Part shown: positions 11,817 through 23,151 of the stretch, piece by piece
How positions within the stretch are numbered: the first letter of the stretch is position 1
Layout: each line of letters begins with the position of its first letter
Assembly: GCA_008632985.1 (NCBI GenBank)
Contig: QPGO01000147.1
Location: 62,001 to 126,000, forward strand
Reading direction: 5' to 3'
Source of the DNA: Psammoneis japonica
Lineage: Eukaryota
DNA: 64,000 bases
The notes under the pieces: generated by a model
Seen by the model: the letters and a program-made list of their open reading frames with translations, nothing else
Told to the model about the DNA's origin: nothing
The model's database searches: none
Translations under genes and position numbers: made by a program

Positions 11817-13305
11817 TCAACTCGAGGAGCCACTGCTGCCGCCACCGTCTTCTTCACTGTCTTCTTCACCTTCATCCTTCATTTCAGATTCGCAGTCGTA
11901 GCAAGCACGCTTGCATCTACGAGAACTTGATCCGTTGCACCTCGCACAGTATTGGCACATCCTGGAACTCCCTTTAGCCGCGGCAGCCTCTTTCTCTGCC
12001 GCCTCCTGAGCAGCTTTCTTCCTCCTAGCCTCAGCTTCGGCCGCCTCCTGAGCAGCTTTCTCCTTTCTAGCCTCGGCTTCGGCCGCCTCCTGGGCAGCTT
12101 TCTTCTTTCTAGCCGCGGCTTCGGCAGCGATCTGAGCTTCTTTCTCCTTTCTAGCCTCGGCTTCAGCAGCCTCCTTAGCCCTCTTGAGTCTTTCTGCTTC
12201 TGCGTCGGCAGCGAGCTGGGCTTCCTTCTTCTTTCTGGCCTCGGCTTCGGCGGCCTCCTTCCGGGCCCTCTCTTCAGCAGCCCTCTTCTCTGCGGCAGCT
12301 TTCTCCTCCGCCGCCTTCTTCCGAGCCTTCTCGGCGGCGGCCTCTTCTTCCGCTGCCTTCTGTCGAGCCCTCTCTGCGGCGGCTTGCTCTTCCGCTGCCT
12401 TCTGACGAGCCCTCTCTGCGGCAGCTTCCTCTTCAGCAGCCTTCTTACGAGCCCTCTCTGCGGCAGCTTCCTCTTCAGCAGCCTTCTTCCTAGCCCTCTC
12501 TTCAGCAGCCCTCTTCTCTGCAGCGGCTTTTTCCTCCGCCGCCTTCTGACGAGCCCTCTCTGCGGCGGCTTCCTCTTCTGCTGCCTTCTGTCGAGCCCTC
12601 TCTGCGGCGGCTTGCTCTTCCGCTGCCTTCTGTCGAGCCCTCTCGGCGGCGGCTTCCTCTTCCGCCGCCTTCTGTCGAGCCCTCTCTGCGGCAGCTTCCT
12701 CTTCGGCGGCTTTCTTGTCGGCAGGTTTTGCTTCTGTTTTCCCGGGCGCCTCGTTCGACTTTCCGGGCTCGTCCGGTTTCCCGGGCTCGTTGCACTTGTA
12801 CGTTACACAGAGATCGCAATCCTTGTTACTAGCGTCTGGGCAAGTGGCTGCACGGCATCGCTTGCAGCCCCTGTTTTTGCAGTAACCTCGCACAGACTCG
12901 CACCCAGAGAGTTCGCACTCGTTTGCATCGGGAGGGTTATCACTGTAACAATCGTTACGGGCGCATTTGCCACATTGGTAGAGGGTTTTGCAGTTGTACT
13001 CGCCACTCTCGCAAGGGGCGCATGACCCGTCAGTTGGGACTTTACTTTGCGAGTCACTGAGGCAACCCGAATTGGTGCATCGGCGACAAATGTCTTTGGG
13101 GCTGTCCTGCAACTTCCTCAAGAAATCGCCACGGAGATTGCTACCACCGGCTCCTGTGCCGAAAGGGACATCAAATCTTGAGATACGTAGGCCGACAATG
13201 ACTCTCCAATACCATGACGAATCTTTTCTTACCCTGTTGAGCCGTCACGTGCGAAGCAGCACCCAGGAGCAACACAGCTAGCTTAAACGAGGCGCGAAGC
13301 AACAT
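11817..13305 (-). CDS. Secreted protein: Cys-rich N domain, long E/A/K/R repeat helix, Cys-rich and acidic C terminus; exons 13305-13233, 13153-11817
   Basis: ATG 13305 starts the signal peptide MLLRASFKLAVLLLGAASHVTA. The GT-AG intron 13232-13154 joins in frame to the 434-aa ORF. NLRG and RKL pro-peptide motifs, then 12-aa repeats (EEEAAAERARQKAA-type). Confidence 0.82.
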
Positions 13306-13699
13306 GCCACTGAAAGAAGTATTGTACGATGAAGAAACTCTTGTTTCAAAGATCAAGATCAACAACAAACCGAAGTGTGCTCAGTTTGTTGCAAAATTTG
13401 AAAAAAAGTGAGAGGCTTACGAGTGAGATCGTGAAGTAGGAATGACTCTTTTCCAATGTGTATGACTGTTTCCGCCGATGAGGCAATAATATTTTGCAAA
13501 AAATGACTTCGGCAAAAAATAATTAGAAATCATATACATAAGCCCTCCTATTAACAAATGACTTCAGATAATAAGCCCTTCTGTGCGATGTCTCAAATTC
13601 CCCATCCATGACTTTTCGACAAAAACCGACGGCTCAAAGCAGGATCGATCATTTAGGTCATCGTCATCATCTTCGTTCGTTCTGATTGCCGTTCACACA

Positions 13700-16340
13700 T
13701 GTGTGTGAGCTCTGCCCGTTTGATGTGTGTCAGCCTGGGTTGTGTGTCTGACCGAGCGGATTCGCTTGTTGTGAGTGCCTTCTCAATGTTCTCTCACAAC
13801 TCTGTTGTTGAACACGGTGTTCTTTGTCAAGAAGTTTTCAGCTGGATCTTGTGCTCAACCCTGGCCACAACTTTGGCTGCCAGTGACACTCAGCCTCCTG
13901 CCTTTTTTCATTGCTTTGACAGCATGTCAGCTTGTCCTTGAATGAGAGCATAGAACAGATGCCCAACAAATCAATGAAGAGCTCTTGCTTGCCCTCGAGC
14001 TTGCTGCTCTCCAGGTGCTGCTGACAATTGAGGTCAGTTGTTGGACTTGTGCTCACATTTGTTCAATCATTTTTGTTTCTGTCAGAAGTTTAACTTGTTG
14101 GTGCAACAAGGTTTGTGCTGGCCAAATGTTTTCACATTTTGCTTGAATGTAAAAAGGCACAGCTGTCTTGTGGCCAAGTGTGCCTCGTTGGCTGTTTTTG
14201 CACTCTGCAGAGCGAGCCAGATGTCAGTGCACAGCCAATTTTTTCAACAGCAACATCAACAGCAGTGTGACCACAGACAAATGTCTTGAAAAGAAGAGGC
14301 AAGTGCTGGCAAAAAAAACTTGCATTTGGCCAAAAAAAAAAGTGCAAAATGGGCACAAAAGCTTTTTTCTGCACAACCTCTCCTTTGCTGTTTGTGTGTT
14401 CTGGGAATGCTGGAATGCAGGCAAATCGCCGCACCATTGTGAGCCAACAATGCCACGCAAGCAAGTGAGGAAGCACACAACAATGCCATGCAAGCAAGTG
14501 AGGAAGCACACAACAATGCAGTGCAAGCAAGTGAGGAAGCACAGGAACACTTTGAAAGCACCCACAAACTGAGAGCCAGAAAGAGAGGGTGATTGTCAGC
14601 CAATCTTGAGTGACGTCAACAACACTTGCGCGCCTCCCGCCTCAGTGTTTTGGCGTTTCTTCAGCTGGCATTTTTGCAAAGCCAAGAGTGTGAGTGGCTG
14701 CACAACCATTTCATTGAAGAGCAATGTTTTGACCACACCTTAAAAGCTCAAGTGCCAAGCCTGAAACAGATGGCCACAGCGCCACTTGCAACGACATGTG
14801 CGGTGGGTGTCAATCCATTGATCTGCATGTGGCATGACCTGCAACAACAACACACCTTTGTTGACACAGACTTCTTGAGTTGTTGCCCCAAACAAGCCAG
14901 CCACACTCAAGTTTCCAACTTGGCAGGATTTGCAAACTTGGTCACTGACATCTCTTGCCCAATTTGACAACCTGATCAACTCTGCTTTGAACTCTCCATC
15001 AAAATTTGTTTTGAAGGGTTTGCACCACCAACCAGCATGCAACAGCTGGCTCAAATTAAAGCAAAAACAATCTTTCACCTCTAAAGGGTCTAAAACTGTC
15101 CCACATTGGAGCCCAAGAGCACACGAAAACTTTGCAACAAATCTTGAAAATGTGCGACAGAGAGAGCGCTGTTCATTGGCTCAACATTCAGAGGTGGGTT
15201 GAGAAAAAAGCAGCACAGTTTGCCAAAGGTCTGCCACTTTTGGATGTGTCCTTTTTCAGCTGGCACTCAGCGCAGCATTGTGCAAAGATGCAGTGGGGCA
15301 CATCTGCCACGTGCCTGCTTGGCTCAGCAGCACTTGGGAGGAGGGAGTTTTTTCTCCAGGAGGTGACAAGTTTGCTGCAGCAATTTGGGGGTTGGATCAT
15401 CAAGATCACCAAAAATGGCACAAAACTTGTGGCTCAAGTTGAAGCCAGCACATCTGCTTCCTCCTCTTGAAAGTCTGAACAAATTGTCAAAGGTTGGAGC
15501 CTTGCAAACAAGAGCCTCAAGAACGTTTTGCAGATTTTGAAAATGAGCAGCAAAGAGTGCACTGGAATGAGAAAACACAGAAGGCATCATTTGCAGCTCT
15601 GTTGGTCAGCTTCATGCTCTGAGGTGGTTTGGGAAAAAGCGCAGTTTGCAAAGGCTCGCCACTTTTGGACGCGTCCTTTTGCAGCTTGTGCTCAATGCAT
15701 CATTGTGTGATGCAGCAGGCATGTCCATCACACACCTGCTTGGCTCAGCAGCACTTGGGACAGAGTTTCTTCTCCAGCAGCTGACAAACTTGCTTTGGCT
15801 TGTGTGAGTGCAACAACAATTTGGTTGGCCTGGAGCACTGCAAAGATTGGCAAAGGCTGCAGAGCTTGTCAACAAAAACACATTGGAAAACTTGTTGGCA
15901 ACATGCCAGGAAACTTTGTCATTGTCAACTTGTGCCAGCTCCATCTTGGACTGCACCAGCAGTCAGAGCCACAAAACGTCAACAAGAAAGAGCCCGAGAA
16001 CCAGCCAGTGCACGACCGCAGCTTTTGACTTTGATGCACAGCTGTCCAAAAGGACAAATCAACCACATCCGCTTTGGTCCCAGGTGACAATGGAGCTCCT
16101 CTTTTGGGCACATTGGTTGTGATTTGTGACCAAGATGTGCTTGAGTCAGTGCCCAGTGCTGAGCCATGAGATGAGTCTCTCAGCATGGCAGATTGATTGC
16201 ACGCCAGAAAATGATCAGGCCTGCAAGATCCAGAGCTTGTGTGGTGACGACTTGGTTTTCAAAGGAACTGTGAGGAGAATGAGAAGGGATCTCTGTTGGG
16301 GATTCCTTCTGGTGGCTCTCGCAATGTCCAACGCGTTAGT
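13700..16340. repeat. TpA- and CpG-depleted decayed repeat island 2 with internal duplications
   Basis: TA is nearly absent. About 33-bp tandem units (gcaagcaagtgaggaagcacacaacaatgc) x3 at about 14457-14545, and a diverged ~160-bp direct duplication (about 15210-15378 vs 15638-15795). Confidence 0.75.
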
Positions 16341-16547
16341 TAGTTGACACACTGTCGACACGGAGCTTTTCAAGTTTCGCGTTCAAGCAAGAGAAGCGAA
16401 AAGAAAAGGAAATAAAGCCCAGTTTGCACCGTGTCCGTGCGTCTTCCGACGATCTTTTTTCTCAGATGCGACGAAGTGTAGGTAGACTAAAAAATAAAAG
16501 CGCAATAAGCAATACTGTACTGTAATAACAGCACTGAAGCATCGGCC

Positions 16548-18086
16548 ATGAGGAGTTTAGTAAAGTGGCGGCGATCGGCACTCGTTATCCTGTCGCTCTT
16601 GTTTCGTCAGACTTGCTCGTTTGGAGTTCTTACTCCTTCACTCAGTAAAAGGATACACACTCAACTTGACGCCACACCTTACAAGACTGATGGAGAGAAT
16701 GGAAATCCAACCTCGCTCAAGGTTGCCGTTGTTGGTGGCGGTCCGTCAGGTTTACTCTTGGCACATTTATTATTGGAACAAGGACATTCCGTATCAATCA
16801 TGGAGAGAAGAAACGACGTAAGAAAACTGGTGGAAAGTGGTGGTGGTGGTGAAAGTAGCAGAGCTTATGCTCTGGGAATTGGAATCCGAGGCCGAACTGC
16901 GATTCGTCAAGCTGGCGACGCAGTGTGGAACGCAGTTGAAGAAAAGGGATATCCGAGCGAACGATTTACACTATGCATCAATTCGAAACTGAAGATTCGA
17001 CTTCGAGATCGAGCAAAACAGGACAAGAACGGTAAAGCCATTGAGCCGTCGCTGCTGCTCTATCAGACTGATTTGTGTTCTGCGCTCTTGGAACAACTCG
17101 AAGAACGATACAAGAATAGCACCAGGTACTCGATTAAATTCAATGCCAGTGTCGAACGAATCGATCTGGAAACGAAATTGTGTGTTGTAAGTCAAGCCGA
17201 CACGGATAAGTCTGAAAAGTTGGGGCCCTTTGATGTGATTGCGGGGTGCGATGGGGTCAACTCAATTGTGCGAGACTCGATTGACAGCAAGGCCTTTCAG
17301 CAAAACGTCACGTTACTACCTGGACAATTCAAAGTTTGTCGGTGTACAAGCATTCCACCGATGCTAGATCCGACCTCTGTTTCCTTGTTATTGCCGAAAA
17401 AGGGTGGAATCACCGCCTTTGTGGAACCGACTCGAAATGGAGGAGGTTGCATCTTGTTTGCTGGTAGACAAGAGGATGATCCGATATTTGCCAAGAACCC
17501 TCAAGACCTGGATATCATTGAGCGATACCCATTGCTTGATGGGATTGACGTGAACGAAGTTATTAGTCAGCTATCCAGACAAGAAGCGTCTCGAGCATCA
17601 TCAGTACGATGCAACGCCTACCACTACAAGAACCTAGTACTCTGTGGAGATGCAGCCCATGCTACCGGCGGCGTTTCTGGGCAAGGAGTCAATTCGGCTC
17701 TTGCCGATGCGTCTGCCTTGGCTGCATGCCTTGACCCCTCTATGTTGCAGCATGGACAAGGATCCATGGGCAAGGATACAATTGTGCAACAAGCTCTCTT
17801 GGCGTATTCTCAGTCCCAAGTTCCAGAAGGCAAGGCACTGTATGAGTTGTTCTTTGGTGATGGAAGCAGTACTTCTATTGGAAAACGGATTCGCTCTGCA
17901 CTTGCCACCGCTCGAGATGCCATTTTCCAAGGCAAGCTAGGCATTGGGCGCATGCCTCTGCAAACGCTCTTGGTATCTTCGTTAACACCGTTTGCCGACA
18001 TTCGACGTGATCGTGACGGAGACTTTGACACCACATTCCCAACTGCGGAGGAATGGAATGAGAGCTTGGCAGATTTATATAAGTAG
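16548..18086 (+). CDS. FAD-dependent monooxygenase (kynurenine 3-monooxygenase-like, group A flavoprotein), probably plastid-targeted
   Basis: Motifs VAVVGGGPSG (GxGxxG), GCDGVNSIVR (DG) and LCGDAAHATGGVSGQGVNSALADA (GD). Signal peptide ending TCS-F followed by a transit-like stretch. Confidence 0.88.
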   Translation: MRSLVKWRRSALVILSLLFRQTCSFGVLTPSLSKRIHTQLDATPYKTDGENGNPTSLKVAVVGGGPSGLLLAHLLLEQGHSVSIMERRNDVRKLVESGGGGESSRAYALGIGIRGRTAIRQAGDAVWNAVEEKGYPSERFTLCINSKLKIRLRDRAKQDKNGKAIEPSLLLYQTDLCSALLEQLEERYKNSTRYSIKFNASVERIDLETKLCVVSQADTDKSEKLGPFDVIAGCDGVNSIVRDSIDSKAFQQNVTLLPGQFKVCRCTSIPPMLDPTSVSLLLPKKGGITAFVEPTRNGGGCILFAGRQEDDPIFAKNPQDLDIIERYPLLDGIDVNEVISQLSRQEASRASSVRCNAYHYKNLVLCGDAAHATGGVSGQGVNSALADASALAACLDPSMLQHGQGSMGKDTIVQQALLAYSQSQVPEGKALYELFFGDGSSTSIGKRIRSALATARDAIFQGKLGIGRMPLQTLLVSSLTPFADIRRDRDGDFDTTFPTAEEWNESLADLYK

Positions 18087-20120
18087 TCCAGTGAGCATTA
18101 ATTACCTTATCATGCTTTTTGGCTGAGGAATACAATCCCCGAATGTCTTGGACAATTGTGAGTTGGTGAGGGTGTTAGACGACTCCGTGTCGGGTTCTTG
18201 GTTGGCCGAAAATTTCGACTCTAGAGTTCAACTTATGCTGATGGAAGTTGAAACGAGATTCTAACCGAGGACCTAATCGAGAAGAGGAATCGCATTCTCT
18301 AGACTCTACGGGCACCTCGGTGGACCATCTGAGTTGAAATCGTGCGCAGGACATTAGATGTTGAACTCTAAACAATACGGCACAAAAATTCTTGATACTC
18401 TTTTAACGCAAAAGAGGTCTACTAACTGTGCTGTCGACCTATATCTTCTGCTACTAGAGAGAGTTATTAAAGCTACCGTAGTCTTGTGCTGTAACAACAG
18501 GGAGGTGCAGCGGACCGAAATATACACCTGTGCAAGAAAAGTTAAAAACTCCTAGATGACTTTGTCGTGAACGTAAAACGTGTGTCAAATTTGTCGAGAA
18601 AAAATGTGCAATGTTGAGAAGCACACCGTTGTAGTTCTCGTGGTACAGTACCGGCTTTTGTCCGAATATTTCGCAAGATGTAAAATAAGGCCTCCGATAA
18701 ACAACTTTTACATCCCATGGCATTGATAGCGGCGAACAAGCAAGAGCATATGAGTTTTCCCGTAGTTCGGAGACTCGTGGGATACAGCGAAAACGGGTAC
18801 GGTAGATACCTGCCACCTAAAGGCTCGTCAACTTAAGCACTTCTTTGTAACTGTTGAAAAGCTCTTCATAACCATTTTCTAATACCCCGCCGCCATGAAT
18901 AGCGCCAGGCAATGCCCAAATGATACGCCGTTGTTTACCAGTGGCCACTGGTACAGGCGACTTGTGGATAATCGTGGCACCTATCGCCAAATAATATACC
19001 CCACCAAATCGCCCCCCGGCTCCACCATACAGGCAGCCATTGTGGTCGGTCCTTGTTTGCTCATTGTACACCAGCCTCCATCCTTGTGAAAGCCAAGAGA
19101 AAACTCTTGTGCACCGCCTTGCCCATCTTGGCCGTACTTGTGTCGAGGGGGGGCTATACCCAAAATTGAATTGCCATGGACTTGTTCTGTATAATATAGG
19201 GCCAATCGCACGTGTGTCTCTTGATGCCACTATCCTGGGAACTCACTTTGCGGATGAATCGAAAAACGGAAATCACAAAGACGAACCGCATTATGCTCGA
19301 CGCATTTGACACTTATTACACGAGGATATTCGAGCAAGGGATATGATTCGACCGTAAATGAGACTCGCAAGGCATAGCATTCATGAAGAAAGAGTCATAC
19401 CTCCAACTATGGGATTGAAGCTTGATATAAATAGTGCGGATTGGAAACTTGATGATCCAATACCTGATGGAGAAAGTCTGCCCACGCTTCATTGAACGAC
19501 ACTCGTATACAACCACCACGCCGTCTTTTTGTTTGACTTTCTGGACTACATCGGGATCTACAGTAATCATTGCTAAGGATGATAAGGATTTTGGGATTGG
19601 CAGGCGCCTGGACTTTGGTCTCCCCACGCCACGGAAAAGAGGCTTGTGTAGCCATTTTCAGCAAACTCCTGGCCACCCACCACAACTCTAATGATGCAGA
19701 GAACGAGCAAGAGCTGGCCTTTCGACAAACCTCAAAGCTGCGTCTCTTACGTCAAGGGAATAACAACGCGCTCATCTATCGGCGGATAGCTAGAAACGCA
19801 GGTGACTTTCTCTTGTTCCAAAAATCAAATGTGAAAGTGCTGCCACTTGTTTTCTTCATTTAGATCCTAATAACTGTAAGCATGCGTTGAGACAACGGTT
19901 ACGATAGAGCTAACGGTTATTATATCGAAATAATAGGATTCACTCTGGTACATAATCTACACATCATACTATTTACTATTGATTTTTCTTATAAAGAAAA
20001 TGTCTGATTTTGCAACGGTTCTTTAATATCAATAACGGAAACATACCGATAAATTTTCAAACAGGATGAAATTTTTTCGCACAAATAAAACAGCATAGAG
20101 AAGGAAAGCTGTGAGACACC

Positions 20121-21979
20121 ATGGTACTGCTACTGCTATATTATGTTGTATGTCTGAGTCTCTTTGTTCTGCCGAGCGTCTCTGTTGCGTCCGATTTTAC
20201 TCCGCCGTCCGATGTCCTGTCGTTGCCTGACGGTGTGACGGAGGAAAGAGCACAAGAGATTACAAACAAGGCTCTGAAAAAGCTCGTGAGTCGTCTTTGG
20301 AACAACAACAAAAAGGATGATGATTCATCGAAACGACGCAACCTACTACGCCGAAAATTGGAGAATACCAATTGTACTACTGAGAAGTTTCCATATTTTG
20401 AGTGTGGAAGCGTCATTGCTGCCATATCTGCTACGGAGATTCAAGAGCTCGTTCGAGCAGATTTCGATTTGGAGGGGCTCGAGCGTCTTGTGGTGGAAGT
20501 TACCGTTATTGCAAGGCTCCAATCCGACTATCAGATTTGGAAGATCTGTGGCAGTTGCGCCGATCCTAAATATCCAGGAGACCTCACTTGCAACGAGGGC
20601 GACTATGGTAAGAATACATGATTGTGTTTCGCACGTGTCTGTGTCGTTTTCTAATCTGTGATGTTTGGATATTGCGCACACGCAGGTTTCGATGCCACTG
20701 TCTCGGGTGCCCTGTTTCTACCCTACACGATATGGGAGAAGCGCGCTAAACCCGGCACTTCGGTTGTCACTATGCTCTATCCGGTCTCGGGTGATAGGAT
20801 CACTCGAGATTTGGAATCTAGCTTTTCTACAATTGCCGGAGCATTCACATCCGCATCGGAAACAGCAATTATAATTCCGGATCAGCTTGGCTTTGGTGAT
20901 AGTAGCGCCCAAAGTTTAGATGAATCGAAAAGGTTCAAGCGGCCGTTCGGGATTCGAGACGCCATTGAGACGGGTACAGCACCATTGATTGCGGCTGCCG
21001 AAAAACTCGTGCAAGAGCAGACGAATGGTGGTTGTACTGCCTTGGCCAAATCCTATGTCGTCGTGGGATACTCGGAAGGCGGTTTTGCGGGACCGGCATT
21101 TGCGGACTTTTTGGCTCGTCAGGGCAAGGCGGTTCGTCTTTTCACGGGTATGCATTATACTAGACCAGTCTGACTTTTATTGTCAATTTCTTGTTTCGTA
21201 TCATTGCTTACGTTCTGTTGGCTTGATTTTCAGGTGGTGGCGTTTTAAAATTGTCGACAGAGCAGGCGAGCTTTGCAGTCGAAAACTTTAGAAAACCGGA
21301 AGGATACAGTATTGGATTCACCGCTTATCTGGGAGCAGCCTATTCCTCGACGATCCCTGGCCTCCCGAACTTTGAGATGGGACAAGACTTGCTTATAGAA
21401 GATATTCGCCAACAAGTTATTGATAACTGGAACAGATGTGGAGATGGAAGGGGATCTGGAAAAACCCGGGAGCCCTTCGACCAATTCTGCGACCCTGACT
21501 GCAAAGTTAACCGTACTGGTGCTATTTTAGGCCTGAACCCTGATTTCATTCAATTGGTGGATGAGGCGCTTGCTGAGGGTGATCGTGAACCATGCAAGAG
21601 GACGGCTCGTGTCAACGAACTCAAAGTGGATAAGCTATGTGCGGCATTGATGGAGAATGACCTGATTGAATCCATAGAAAAGGCAGACTACCCAGTAAGA
21701 TTTTGCCACTCCAGAAAGGACGAGCTCGTCAGCTTTGAGAATTTGCCTGACGCGACCAAGATGATAGACGCGGAAATTACAGAGGTGGGTGGGTCGCACG
21801 GCAACGCCGGCGTAACTTGCATTGTCGAAAAGTGGGTGCCCTTTTGGCTTGAAGGTGACATAAATAAAATTAAGGTGGAGAAAAGGCATGACCGGAAAAA
21901 ATGCGACAAGTATTTTGGCCCCGTATGTCGCTTCTGGTATCACGGACGGTGTTGGAAAATGGATTGGTCTTTCTTTTAA
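20121..21979 (+). CDS. Secreted alpha/beta-hydrolase (secretory lipase-like); exons 20121-20607, 20686-21147, 21234-21979
   Basis: Signal peptide and RRNL/RRKL motifs. IPDQLGFG, nucleophile elbow GYSEGG, HSRKDELV (Asp) and GSHG (His). Two GT-AG introns join three ORFs in frame. Confidence 0.85.
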
Positions 21980-23151
21980 CGCATACCAGAGGAAATGAAT
22001 GTGCTATTGACAAATTTGTACAGGTAACGCACTGCGTAAGATCACCGCCCGTGATCTTTAGCTGTCCTCCATGTAATAGAGGTTGTTTGAAGGTCGAGGC
22101 AATAGACACACCACGAAGTATGGTGCTGGACAAACGAGTCTTGGACATTTGTTCGTTCGCGCTAGTGTTGCTTTACCCATTCGACTCATGGACGGCGATC
22201 CGTCGGGTTTGTTTAGAAGTGCTCAAGAATGTTGAACTTCACTGTTGTTGAAATGAGCGAATGACGCGTCAATCGGAGTAGCACTTGCTCCCGATAACGC
22301 GGGCGTAGCGCGTCCACCTCGTCATTACAAGATATATTATACAAGGGGTCGCGATGCATCGAGTGGGTACTGTACATTACAGTTCGACAGTATGCAAGCA
22401 AGGTTGTTGAAGAAGAAGGTTCACGTCTGGCAACAAAAAGGGAGCTTCCAGGCTCAACTTGGCTGAGTTGGACAGATAGAGTCCAGCTTGCGTATGCTTT
22501 CAACTCCGCTGTCAGGTGTTGGCGAAGCATCCTATTTGTCTCCAAGTATATGTATATGTGTGTTGATGTGCTTGTCGCTATGATATTCAGAGAAAGAATA
22601 GTCTTGACAATGTTGTAAAAAATAATAATCAAGCTTAAAGTATGTAAAGGACGTTCGAACCAATAGCTTTTCATTTGTCCGCTTAAGGAAGTATCATCTA
22701 TGAGTACTAGACCTTTCGCTCCTATCTCCTATCCCGCATGAATGTTGTCAAGCAGGAACATAATGAAAAGTTTGAAAGAGTTTTTTACTAGCTATTTGTT
22801 GGGCAATGATACCGAGAGCGTTTCGCCTGAGTTGTTATGGTAGTTAAAAGTTGTAGGACGATAATACGTCGGAAGCACAGTAGTTCAAATCATCACCTGT
22901 CGGTATCGCAACAGTTCATCACGTCGTGAGTCTCCGAAGCGATATTGAGATTGGCGCCGAGGAACGCTAAGCGGTGTTTTGGTCGGGTTTTGACAACAGA
23001 AAAAAAACGTGTCCCGTTTTGTGATCTCTGATGGGACTACGTAGAAACCACGTAGCCGCCAGCATACGCGAATCATCCTCCACGCTTTGCGCTTTCCCAC
23101 TCCATCTCACAAAACGGACAATTCGTCTTTTGTTATCATCAAGCATCAACC

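Noticed and set aside
11952..13025. 357-aa Leu/Ser/Phe-rich + strand ORF
   Set aside because: Antisense shadow of the repeat region of the secreted gene on the - strand.
14457..14545. Repeat units that could resemble a CRISPR array
   Set aside because: Only three adjacent units with no unique spacers, no cas genes, and a eukaryotic context.
18817..19863. Short ORFs between the monooxygenase and lipase genes
   Set aside because: No recognisable motifs and no splice model I could support.
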